Origin: Spirochaetia bacterium
Lineage (GTDB): Bacteria > Spirochaetota > Spirochaetia > Treponematales > Treponemataceae
Assembly: GCA_900769975.1 (NCBI GenBank)
Contig: CAAGIR010000142.1
Span: 3,869 to 67,868, forward strand
DNA: 64,000 nt
Reading direction: 5' to 3'
Shown here piece after piece: positions 1 to 8,239 of this stretch; the first letter of the stretch is position 1; every line of letters starts with the position of its first letter. Made by a program: the position numbers and the translations under genes. The notes under the pieces are model-generated. The model was not told the DNA's origin. It was given only the letters and a program-made list of their open reading frames with translations, and ran no database searches.

Positions 1-639
1 ACTTTGACGTGCCTGAACACCATTAAAGCCACCGCCTTCCCTGTTATAAGTTCGGCCTCCATTTTGATTACCACGATTATAACCATTATTTCCGTTACGG
101 TAATTATTCTGTTTAGGCTTATCAGAAAGATTTCCAGCCTTTACATTAGGACGCACAGAATTAAGCTCAAAAGTTGATTTTTGTCTGTTGTCGGTTCGGC
201 TTTCATTTTTATTACCGTTTTTTGCACCAGAATTTAATGCTGCATTTGAATTCTGATTTGCATTATCAACATTTTTTTCCGGTTGAGACTGCACAACACC
301 ATTCGAATCATTTTGATTTTTCTGAGTCTGTTCTGCAGGCTGTTCTTTTTGTACATTACTCATATCAGATGACTGCTGTACAGGATTTTTTTCCTGTTTC
401 TGCTGCTGAGCATTGTTTTCTGAAGCAACATTATCTGATTTTTTTACACCGACATGAACTTTCTGCACGTTCTGGGAACCTTGTACATTCTGGGTGTTTT
501 GAGTATTTGTCTGATTTGGTGAAGCGTTCTTCTTTTTAATTACAATTACCTTCTTTTTTTCTGAAGTTCCAGCATTCACACTTTCAGGTTGTTTTTTGTG
601 TACTACAAATTCGGGCTTTTTTTCGTTTTCATCAGCCAT
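1..639 (-). CDS. infB: Translation initiation factor IF-2, N-terminal part (the gene continues beyond the window start)
   Basis: The minus-strand frame starts with ATG at 637-639 (MADENEKKPEF...) and stays open to position 1. It encodes a Q/N/G-rich low-complexity N-terminus typical of IF-2. It lies directly downstream of rimP-nusA, the conserved rimP-nusA-infB order. It is not in the ORF track because it has no stop inside the window. Confidence 0.6.
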   Translation of the reverse strand, partial: MADENEKKPEFVVHKKQPESVNAGTSEKKKVIVIKKKNASPNQTNTQNTQNVQGSQNVQKVHVGVKKSDNVASENNAQQQKQEKNPVQQSSDMSNVQKEQPAEQTQKNQNDSNGVVQSQPEKNVDNANQNSNAALNSGAKNGNKNESRTDNRQKSTFELNSVRPNVKAGNLSDKPKQNNYRNGNNGYNRGNQNGGRTYNREGGGFNGVQARQS

Positions 640-667
640 ATATTATCTATTTCCTTCTATTAAAATA

Positions 668-2143
668 CTACTCGTCATCCTCTGTAAATTCAAACTCAAC
701 ACCACAATTTGGACATCGAGTCATGTCAAGGGTGATTTTTGTACCACATTCAGGACAGAAATATTCTTCTTCCTCTTGTGCTTCATCTTCACTGTTTGCA
801 GATACAGAATCTTGTTCAGCACTTTCTTCAGTTTCATCTTCTACAAACTCAACATTATCATTGATAAGAGCATTAATCTTATCAAGGTCTTCTTTTGTCA
901 CACCTTCAATATTAATTGTTCCATTATCGTACGCTTCAACAAAATCTTGTATTTCTTGAATGCCGTTTTCAATTAATTTATTTGCAATTTCTTCGTCAAC
1001 ACCAGGAAGTTCTGCAACAGTAGTAATTTCATCAACTGTTTCATCAACAAAAAGACTTCTTGCATTCTGAACAGTATTAACATTAGAAAAGTCAATATCC
1101 TCTGCCTGTTCAACTGTTTTTACATCGATATTCCAGTCACAAAGTCTATTTGCAAGCCTTACATTTTGTCCCTGTTTACCGATTGCCAAAGAAAACTGAG
1201 AATCTTCAACAATTGCAAGTGCCTGACGTTTGTCTGCATCCATAATTACAACACGTTCAACCTGTGCAGGAGAAAGTGCATTTTTAATAAATTCAACAGG
1301 ATTTGAATCCCATCGCAAAACGTCGATTTTTTCGTTTAAAAGTTCTCTGATAACATTTTGAATTCGAACACCTTTTAAACCGACACACGCACCGACAGGA
1401 TCAACTTCTTCACGTTTAGAATAAACTGCAATTTTTGTACGATAACCTGCGTCACGAACAATTTTCTGGATTTCTACAGTTCCATCAGCAATTTCTGGAA
1501 CTTCTTTTTCAAGAATAGAACTAACAAGTTTTGCATCGCTTCTAGAAAGAACCAGCTGAATACCTGAATTTGTAGGTTTTACGTCTACAATCAAAGCTTT
1601 AATTCTGTCACCTTTTTCATAAACTTCAAGTTTTGACTGATATTTTAATGGCAAAACCCCTTCAACTTTTCCAGAATTACCCAAATCAATATAAATGTTT
1701 CCGTTTTTCTCTCGCTGATAATATCCGATTATGATTTCACCAACTTTATCACGATAATCATTCATTAAAGAATTTTTGTAAGTTTCGTTTAATCCCTGAT
1801 GAGCTGTCTGTTTACCAGTTGCAACAGCAGAACGGTCAAAAGATTTAGGATCTTCAAGAATATCTATCTGATCGCCTTCCTCAATATCATCCCCTGCAAG
1901 TTTTTTTGCTTCTTCCAGTTCAATTTCTTTTACTGGATCATAAACACCATCAATAATAACTTTTCTTGAATAAATTGAAACATCTGACATATCATCGTTA
2001 AATTTTACGATTGCGTTTTCATCTGTCCCATAAGTTCGTTTGTATGCAGCCTTTAATGCTCTTTCAATTGTCTGTCTTACTGAATCTTCAGAATAACCTT
2101 TTTCTGAAATCAGCTGACGGATAGCCTCTGCCATTTCTGACAT
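668..2143 (-). CDS. nusA: Transcription termination/antitermination factor NusA
   Basis: A 491-aa ORF with a NusA N-terminal domain, S1 and KH domains, and a C-terminal Cys4 zinc-ribbon tail (CPECG...CPNCG). It sits between rimP and infB. Confidence 0.9.
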   Translation of the reverse strand: MSEMAEAIRQLISEKGYSEDSVRQTIERALKAAYKRTYGTDENAIVKFNDDMSDVSIYSRKVIIDGVYDPVKEIELEEAKKLAGDDIEEGDQIDILEDPKSFDRSAVATGKQTAHQGLNETYKNSLMNDYRDKVGEIIIGYYQREKNGNIYIDLGNSGKVEGVLPLKYQSKLEVYEKGDRIKALIVDVKPTNSGIQLVLSRSDAKLVSSILEKEVPEIADGTVEIQKIVRDAGYRTKIAVYSKREEVDPVGACVGLKGVRIQNVIRELLNEKIDVLRWDSNPVEFIKNALSPAQVERVVIMDADKRQALAIVEDSQFSLAIGKQGQNVRLANRLCDWNIDVKTVEQAEDIDFSNVNTVQNARSLFVDETVDEITTVAELPGVDEEIANKLIENGIQEIQDFVEAYDNGTINIEGVTKEDLDKINALINDNVEFVEDETEESAEQDSVSANSEDEAQEEEEYFCPECGTKITLDMTRCPNCGVEFEFTEDDE

Positions 2144-2153
2144 TTCAAGCCTC

Positions 2154-2612
2154 CTATAATAAAAACTTTGCTTTTGCTATATTTTCATAAGGCACTGTGA
2201 TATCATCACTACCTTCTTTTTCCAAAGTTACTGATTTGTCATCTGCACTTTTTATTGTTCCACCAACCCAGTCATTAACGGATTTATCCCAAACCCGAAT
2301 CGTCCTTCCAGTAAAAATTGCAAATTCAGCAGCATTTTTAATGTTATGTTCAATTCCTGGTGAAGTTAATTCCATGGAAGTTTCTTCGGTTCCGAGCAAC
2401 GCTTCAAGTCTTGGCAATAAAACTCTGTGAACTTTTGCACAGTCATTTACACCAATATTTTCATTTGGATCAGAAGAACAAATCATTGCTGATATTTTTG
2501 TAATAGATTTAGCAGGAATGATTTTTAATTCAACAAGTTTAAATCCCATTCCTTCTACCAATGCGGCACATTCTTTGTAATACTTAATGTTTTTATATGA
2601 ATTATATTCCAT
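2154..2612 (-). CDS. rimP: Ribosome maturation factor RimP
   Basis: A 152-aa ORF immediately upstream of nusA, with RimP-like length and sequence character. Confidence 0.75.
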   Translation of the reverse strand: MEYNSYKNIKYYKECAALVEGMGFKLVELKIIPAKSITKISAMICSSDPNENIGVNDCAKVHRVLLPRLEALLGTEETSMELTSPGIEHNIKNAAEFAIFTGRTIRVWDKSVNDWVGGTIKSADDKSVTLEKEGSDDITVPYENIAKAKFLL

Positions 2613-2699
2613 ACTAGATTAAACAGTTTATAAACATTTATTTTTTTAATATGACAAGATTTTTTTTCCTGATTAATCAAATAAATATTTAAACATTAA

Positions 2700-2730
2700 A
2701 TAAAAAAGACCCGTGCAGGCACGAGTCTTT
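2700..2730 (-). terminator. Rho-independent terminator downstream of hisS
   Basis: Hairpin gacccgtgc/gcacgagtc at 2708-2727. On the minus strand it is followed by a T-run (A-run at 2702-2707 on the plus strand). Confidence 0.5.
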
Positions 2731-2844
2731 TAATACTAATATTAAACTGACTAAGTAAGACTATCATTTATTGTAAAAAGTGTCAATATATCTTGTAAAA
2801 TGTAAATCGCACAATTGCAAATCGCTCAAATTTTTTTTGAAAAA

Positions 2845-4083
2845 TTACTTTAATACAATTTCTCCGTCTTTTGCAACGGCAAATTTTGTAAAGCCTTGTT
2901 TTTCAAGCATGTCAAATTGCGGTCCTGCTTTTTTTGCTTTTTTGAAAATTGAAACATTGTAGTCTTTGCGCAGGGACGAGGCTTCTTCCATCACTTTTGA
3001 AAAAGAAACAGAATCATCATAAATTAATGCACATCTATCCTTTTCGCCAGGAATTTCATAATTCTGTTCCAGCAAGATACTGCAAATTCTTTCAAAACCA
3101 ATGCTGAAACCAACTGCAGGAACATTCTGCCCCGTAAATTTTCCAATTAAATTATCATAACGGCCGCCGCCACCGATTGCACCGCTAAAAAGTGGACTTG
3201 CAATTTCAAAAACGACACCAGTGTAATAACCTTGTCCACGAACAAGATTTGGACAATATTTTACGTCATATTTTCCATGTGAAATTTCTTTTGCAGTTTT
3301 AATTATATATTTTAAATCTTCTCCAATAGAAGAATCCGAACATTTTGAAATGACATTTTCAAGCGTAATTTCACCCTGCGAAATAAATTCAACAAGACTG
3401 TTTATAGCATCAGAAGGGAATTGTTTTTCTACAAGTTCATTTTTAACGCCTTCCACACCGATTTTGTCCAGTTTATCAAATGTAATGCAAACAGAATCAA
3501 TTGTCTGTGGCAAAAATCCCATAGATTCAAGCATATTTCTTAAAATGCGTCTGTCATTAATATTAATGTAAAAATCTGAAAAACCGATGGAAAGCATTGC
3601 ATTTGCTGTAACGTCTATCAACTCTACTTCAGCATTTACGCTGGAATCACCAAGGATATCGATATCGCACTGAACAAATTCACGTAACCTGCCTTTTTGC
3701 GGACGTTCTGCACGATAAACTCTGTCTGTTTGAATTACTTTAAATGGAAAAGTCAATTCATTTTTGTTTGCCGAATAAAATCTTGTAAGCGGAAGCGTTA
3801 AATCATATCGCAATCCCATATCAGACAATTCTTTTTCAGTAGGATTTTCTTTTGATAAAGCATCATTTAATTTTTCGCCACGTTTTAAAATCTTAAAGAT
3901 AAGGTTTAAATTATCGCCACCATCAGATTTATCAAGATTTTCAGAATCTTCAAGAATTGGTGTGGAAATGCGTTCAAAACCATTTGCCCTGTAAGTTTCC
4001 AAAATTTTAGACTGAACAAAATCTCGCATTCTCTGTTCCTGCGGTAAAATATCTTTTGTTCCTTTTAATGCATTTGTTTTCAT
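2845..4083 (-). CDS. hisS: Histidyl-tRNA synthetase
   Basis: Class II aaRS motifs: GTKDILP near the N-terminus; motif 2 YRAERPQKGRLREFVQ; motif 3 GGGGRYDNL; a C-terminal anticodon-binding region. HisZ cannot be fully excluded. Confidence 0.8.
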   Translation of the reverse strand: MKTNALKGTKDILPQEQRMRDFVQSKILETYRANGFERISTPILEDSENLDKSDGGDNLNLIFKILKRGEKLNDALSKENPTEKELSDMGLRYDLTLPLTRFYSANKNELTFPFKVIQTDRVYRAERPQKGRLREFVQCDIDILGDSSVNAEVELIDVTANAMLSIGFSDFYININDRRILRNMLESMGFLPQTIDSVCITFDKLDKIGVEGVKNELVEKQFPSDAINSLVEFISQGEITLENVISKCSDSSIGEDLKYIIKTAKEISHGKYDVKYCPNLVRGQGYYTGVVFEIASPLFSGAIGGGGRYDNLIGKFTGQNVPAVGFSIGFERICSILLEQNYEIPGEKDRCALIYDDSVSFSKVMEEASSLRKDYNVSIFKKAKKAGPQFDMLEKQGFTKFAVAKDGEIVLK

Positions 4084-4172
4084 ATTAATCCTTATTAAAC
4101 GTAATTATGTTATTCAATTTTTGTATTCAAACTTTTAAGCAAATTATAATCAAATATAATTAATTGTTTCTA

Positions 4173-5300
4173 TTAACATCTGCAAAAAAAATGGTCAAAT
4201 TTCACGCCTTCGCCACTTTTTACATCCTGCTTCAACTGTTTCCCAATAAACAAATCATAATACGCAGGACTTTCTCCCACAGTCAGGATTTTTTCTGTCC
4301 GCAAAATCTGAATGTCATCCTGTGTAATAAAATCACCTGCACGCAAGTTTTTCATGTAATGGAGGCTTCTGTTTGTTCGATTATAGTTATTTATTTCGGC
4401 AAAAGCAAGACGTTTTACACCGTCCCCAAGACATTTTTGAACTTTTAATTCTCCAAACTGTTCATTCATCTGCTGCAACGCACGATTTGTTCCTGTTTCT
4501 TTTCCATAATGACGGAGTGTTGCTTCTGTTTGATGCACTATATGCACCATCAAGGCAAACTGCTCTGGTTCCAATGCAACTGGATCATCAAGCCCGTCCG
4601 TCTGTCTGCTCAGCGTAATGTGTTTTTCTAGGACTTTTGCCCCGCACAAAATGCTTAAACATGGCACAAGAACTGGGTCCAGACTGTGATCGCTAACACC
4701 GCAAGGCACTCCAAAAATATTGCTTAAATTCTGTATTACTTTTAAATTGTATTCTTCTTCGGGAGCAGGATATGCCGTTATGCAATGAAGCAACTGAATT
4801 TTATCTGTCCCGAGAATCTGCAGAGCGTTTTCTATATCTGACAGTTTTGAAACTCCGCTTGAAAGAATTACAGAAACTTTTTCCTTGCTTTCACGATAAT
4901 CATGCAAATCCTGTAACATTTTAAAATGATTTAATTCAGGACTTGCAACCTTAACATAATCTGGTTCAATTTCCAGAAGTTCTTTAAGACTTTTTTGTCC
5001 GAATGGCGAACAGCAGAATTTAACTCCTTTTGAATGAGCATAATCTTTTAAAGTAAGATAAAAATCTTTATCACATTCTAATTGCTTAAATCTGTCATAT
5101 AAAGGGATTTTCCCTGTAGGTAAAGACACAAATCCTGTATCACTGTGAAGGATTTCATCTGCATAAACCCATTGGAATTTTACTGTATCGGCTCCGCTTT
5201 GAACCGCTGCATCTACCAGTTCTTTTGCTTTTTCTATAGAACCTTCGTGTGATGTTCCAATTTCTGCAATAATATTTATATCAGACATTTTCCATTCCAA
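4173..5300 (-). CDS. NeuB-family nonulosonic acid synthase (sialic, legionaminic or pseudaminic acid synthase-like) with a C-terminal SAF domain
   Basis: N-terminal IIAEIGTSHEGS...GADTVKFQ matches the NeuB TIM-barrel signature. The C-terminus is SAF/antifreeze-like. No other neu, pse or leg genes are adjacent. Confidence 0.7.
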   Translation of the reverse strand: MEWKMSDINIIAEIGTSHEGSIEKAKELVDAAVQSGADTVKFQWVYADEILHSDTGFVSLPTGKIPLYDRFKQLECDKDFYLTLKDYAHSKGVKFCCSPFGQKSLKELLEIEPDYVKVASPELNHFKMLQDLHDYRESKEKVSVILSSGVSKLSDIENALQILGTDKIQLLHCITAYPAPEEEYNLKVIQNLSNIFGVPCGVSDHSLDPVLVPCLSILCGAKVLEKHITLSRQTDGLDDPVALEPEQFALMVHIVHQTEATLRHYGKETGTNRALQQMNEQFGELKVQKCLGDGVKRLAFAEINNYNRTNRSLHYMKNLRAGDFITQDDIQILRTEKILTVGESPAYYDLFIGKQLKQDVKSGEGVKFDHFFCRC

Positions 5301-5355
5301 AAATATAAAAACTTAACGCTTAAATTAAAACGTATATTTTCACTAAAATTATTCT

Positions 5356-5727
5356 CTAATTTAAATTCATTTTATATGAATCGGACACTTTCTGTGCTTT
5401 TAATCTGTTACTGTAAACAAGAATACTAGCCGATGGTAACCATCCTTCTTCGAATAAATACCAGACTTCTTTTTTTGAATCTACAGATTTACCCTTTACT
5501 TGAAGCACGTCCCCTTTTCTGCAATGCCCTGTTACGCTCGAAGTCCATTCTTTATTTTCTTTAAATGCAACATAAGGCTCGTTTACAACTGCCCATTGAA
5601 CGTCGGGTGCTAAGGCAAGCGGTTCTCTGTTATCAAGAAAAATAATTTCATCTTCTTTTTTTGCACACGAAAAAATCAGCATGCTGAATAAAACAAGTAA
5701 TAATACATTTACGCTTTTTTTTATCAT
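5356..5727 (-). CDS. Small lipoprotein, function unknown
   Basis: Signal peptide with a lipobox (LIFSC) at the N-terminus; 123 aa. Confidence 0.45.
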   Translation of the reverse strand: MIKKSVNVLLLVLFSMLIFSCAKKEDEIIFLDNREPLALAPDVQWAVVNEPYVAFKENKEWTSSVTGHCRKGDVLQVKGKSVDSKKEVWYLFEEGWLPSASILVYSNRLKAQKVSDSYKMNLN

Positions 5728-6125
5728 TTACGACACCATTTTTTTACATCTTCATAAATTGCCCTGTCAGAATCTACAAAAAAAAGGCTTGGGATTTTAT
5801 CAATATCTTCCCATTTATATTCTGTATGTTCTGTTAGCAAAAAAGGTTTTTCCATTCCATCTTCTTTAAAATGAACTTCAAAAGCATCTAAAAAACATTC
5901 CTTGTCTTTATGAAAAAAAGTGCTGCTAGTAATATGCTCACCGACAGTAACTTCACAGCCAAATTCTTCAAGCATTTCCCTCTTTATTGCACTTTCATAA
6001 TCTTCATTGCCGTCAATTTTTCCACCTGGAAATTCCCATCTTCCCCCCATATCTCCGACATTCTGACGCTTTGCAATAAAAATTTTACCATCTCTGTAGT
6101 CTATACACGCTATCGATCTGCTCAT
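5724..6125 (-). CDS. Nudix (MutT-family) hydrolase
   Basis: Nudix box GGKIDGNEDYESAIKREMLEEFG. Overlaps the downstream lipoprotein gene by 4 nt. Confidence 0.75.
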   Translation of the reverse strand: MSRSIACIDYRDGKIFIAKRQNVGDMGGRWEFPGGKIDGNEDYESAIKREMLEEFGCEVTVGEHITSSTFFHKDKECFLDAFEVHFKEDGMEKPFLLTEHTEYKWEDIDKIPSLFFVDSDRAIYEDVKKWCRK

Positions 6126-6129
6126 AATC

Positions 6130-6705
6130 CTATCTTTTTACAACTCCTGAAAGTTCAATCTCTTTGCCATTCACTTTTACTATTGCATCAACTCTGATTA
6201 TATCAAAGTCTGTAAACTTTGTGCGAATAAATTCTTCATTTTTTTCAAAAAATACGGAATTAAAAGATTTATCGCTTACCAGATTATTTGCTTCAACTGC
6301 AAAAAAATCGACTTCAATTTTTACAGGCACAACTTCTTCATTATTTTTTTCCATTTTTTCCTGATTTTTTTTTGTCCTGAATACTTTCAAAGAAGCATAA
6401 ATCTGCTCTTCATAAGAAAAAGCCTGCAATTCAAAATTTATACCGTCAATTTTTCCATACGCCCTTGTTGCATTCATTCCTGAGTAAAACCAGGACGCCA
6501 CAACAAAAATAATCAATGCAAAAAAAATCCAGATATTCTGTTTCTGAAAAAAAATCCTTATTCCTCGCACAGGCTTCATTTTTCCATTGTAATAATCCTG
6601 TACAATTTTTGGTGCATTTGCAATACGTTCTTCGCGGTTGTAGTAAAATTTCATTTTATTTTCAGACTGTTTTTCTGAAACAATTTCTTCTACATCATCA
6701 AACAT
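6130..6705 (-). CDS. Hypothetical single-pass membrane protein
   Basis: A 191-aa ORF with one hydrophobic segment (IWIFFALIIFVVASWFY). No recognisable domain. Confidence 0.4.
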   Translation of the reverse strand: MFDDVEEIVSEKQSENKMKFYYNREERIANAPKIVQDYYNGKMKPVRGIRIFFQKQNIWIFFALIIFVVASWFYSGMNATRAYGKIDGINFELQAFSYEEQIYASLKVFRTKKNQEKMEKNNEEVVPVKIEVDFFAVEANNLVSDKSFNSVFFEKNEEFIRTKFTDFDIIRVDAIVKVNGKEIELSGVVKR

Positions 6706-6725
6706 TAATTTCGCACCTTAAAAAA

Positions 6726-7949
6726 CTAATTCTTTACGATTGCATCAATAAGACTGTCTGTCCTGTACCATACAATTCTCGCAGATGATTTTTCAACATA
6801 CAAAGCCGTTATTATTCCGTCAAGAGAAAGCGACATAGAATCGACAAACAAAATATTATTATGATCGACTTTAAACTGCCTTCGCAAAATTCTCTGACTT
6901 TCACTTTGAATCATTTCTATATTAAAGCCATTTTCAGTTTTTATGATAAAAAATTTCCATCCGTTTTTTGTAACACCAAGAAAATCATAAGGAATACGGT
7001 AAATAAGCTTACTGTAATCTGATACGACAGATTCTTCATAAGCGGGAATTACGAGAGGATCTTCATACAAGCCATTTTCTATATCAAAAGGATACAATAA
7101 AGTGCGGATAAAATTTACGCCCGACTGAACTTTTGAATCTTCATCAAAATATGTGGAATAATAATCAACATGGACATAAAGTTTATAATTTACAGGATCT
7201 GGAACAACATTTCCCAAAGAAATAAAAATTTCAGAATTATCGTTCTGACCTTTTATCAAAGGAATTGTGCTTTTTGATATGGGAATCATATATTTTAAAA
7301 AACCGTCTTTTGTATACCAGTAAACGACAGTTCCTTCTGTAGAAATACAAACAACTACAAGTTCATCTTTTGTTGTAGTAAAAATCCGCTTTATATACGG
7401 AAAAGGTGTACCGCCTGGTCCCTGCTGACCGATATATTCAATATTTGTACCGTCACGTGACATTCGCAATACAGTCTGACAATAAAGCATTGAACCGTCT
7501 TCACTCTGTTCCTGCCTGTCTTTTGGAATGGAACTGACTACGTAAATGTTTTTATTTGAATCTATTGCAATGGGCCCTGGATAATTAAACGGATAAGATA
7601 TTTCATGGCGAATGCTTTCTTCGGGGCGTTTTGAAGCTTCCAGAAGTTTTGCTGTTTCGGAATCTTCATTATAAAAAAGCGTAAGCAAATCACCGTAAGA
7701 ATTTAATTCCATTATTTTCTGCGATTCACCGTCAACAATATAAAAAAAACCATCCTGCATGGCAATTCCATAACTTACGTTTCCGACATTATTTAAATCC
7801 GTAACGCTTAGTTGGTGTGCAAATTTTCCATACTCCAGTGTAAAAAGTTGAGTTTCGCTTATTGACTGTATAGTTTCATTTTTTGAACAGGAAAAAAATC
7901 CTAAAAAAATAATTAAAATTGCCGCCACTACAAAAATATTTTTCTTCAT
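6726..7949 (-). CDS. Hypothetical lipoprotein
   Basis: The likely true start is MKKNIFVVAAILIIFLGFFSCSK at 7949, a signal peptide plus lipobox. The track ORF extends to 7988. Confidence 0.5.
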   Translation of the reverse strand: MKKNIFVVAAILIIFLGFFSCSKNETIQSISETQLFTLEYGKFAHQLSVTDLNNVGNVSYGIAMQDGFFYIVDGESQKIMELNSYGDLLTLFYNEDSETAKLLEASKRPEESIRHEISYPFNYPGPIAIDSNKNIYVVSSIPKDRQEQSEDGSMLYCQTVLRMSRDGTNIEYIGQQGPGGTPFPYIKRIFTTTKDELVVVCISTEGTVVYWYTKDGFLKYMIPISKSTIPLIKGQNDNSEIFISLGNVVPDPVNYKLYVHVDYYSTYFDEDSKVQSGVNFIRTLLYPFDIENGLYEDPLVIPAYEESVVSDYSKLIYRIPYDFLGVTKNGWKFFIIKTENGFNIEMIQSESQRILRRQFKVDHNNILFVDSMSLSLDGIITALYVEKSSARIVWYRTDSLIDAIVKN

Positions 7950-8029
7950 ACAAAAAACGATTATATAAGTTACTTTTATAAATTTCAATCAAAATTGCAT
8001 ACATATCACATACAAAAACACAGGCATTT

Positions 8030-8150
8030 TGCTGCGTTTCACTTCGCAAAACCAGGGTGTTCCGCAATTCCCTAACGGTCAGCCTCTTCCCTCGCTACGC
8101 TCAGTCCAGTGGCCGCTGTGCGTTGCTCCATACCCTTTGCCATTTTTCAT
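8030..8150. other. GC-rich, roughly 110-bp island in the divergent intergenic region; possible structured RNA of unknown class
   Basis: Local GC of about 58% against a background of about 37%. It contains GCCACTGG and GGGAAG-like motifs and short internal complementary segments. It has no ORF. Confidence 0.3.
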
Positions 8151-8239
8151 AAAAAAAACTTGCCTTAAAGCATATTTATATAGTAAATTTTATAAAAAAT
8201 GTATATAATATTTAAATCATTTTAAAAAAGGAAAACATA

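Noticed and set aside
174-539. 121-aa plus-strand ORF at the window start
   Set aside because: It lies antisense to the infB N-terminal low-complexity coding region. Its composition (F/H/Y-rich) is an artefact of reading Q/N-rich codons on the opposite strand.
8030-8150. Resemblance of GCGAAGUGAAACGCAGC and GCGUAGCGAGG on the minus strand to the 5S rRNA motifs CAGAAGUGAAACGCCGUAGCGCC
   Set aside because: The motif order and overall length do not match a 5S rRNA gene, and the flanking 5S helices are absent. It is retained only as an unexplained GC-rich element.
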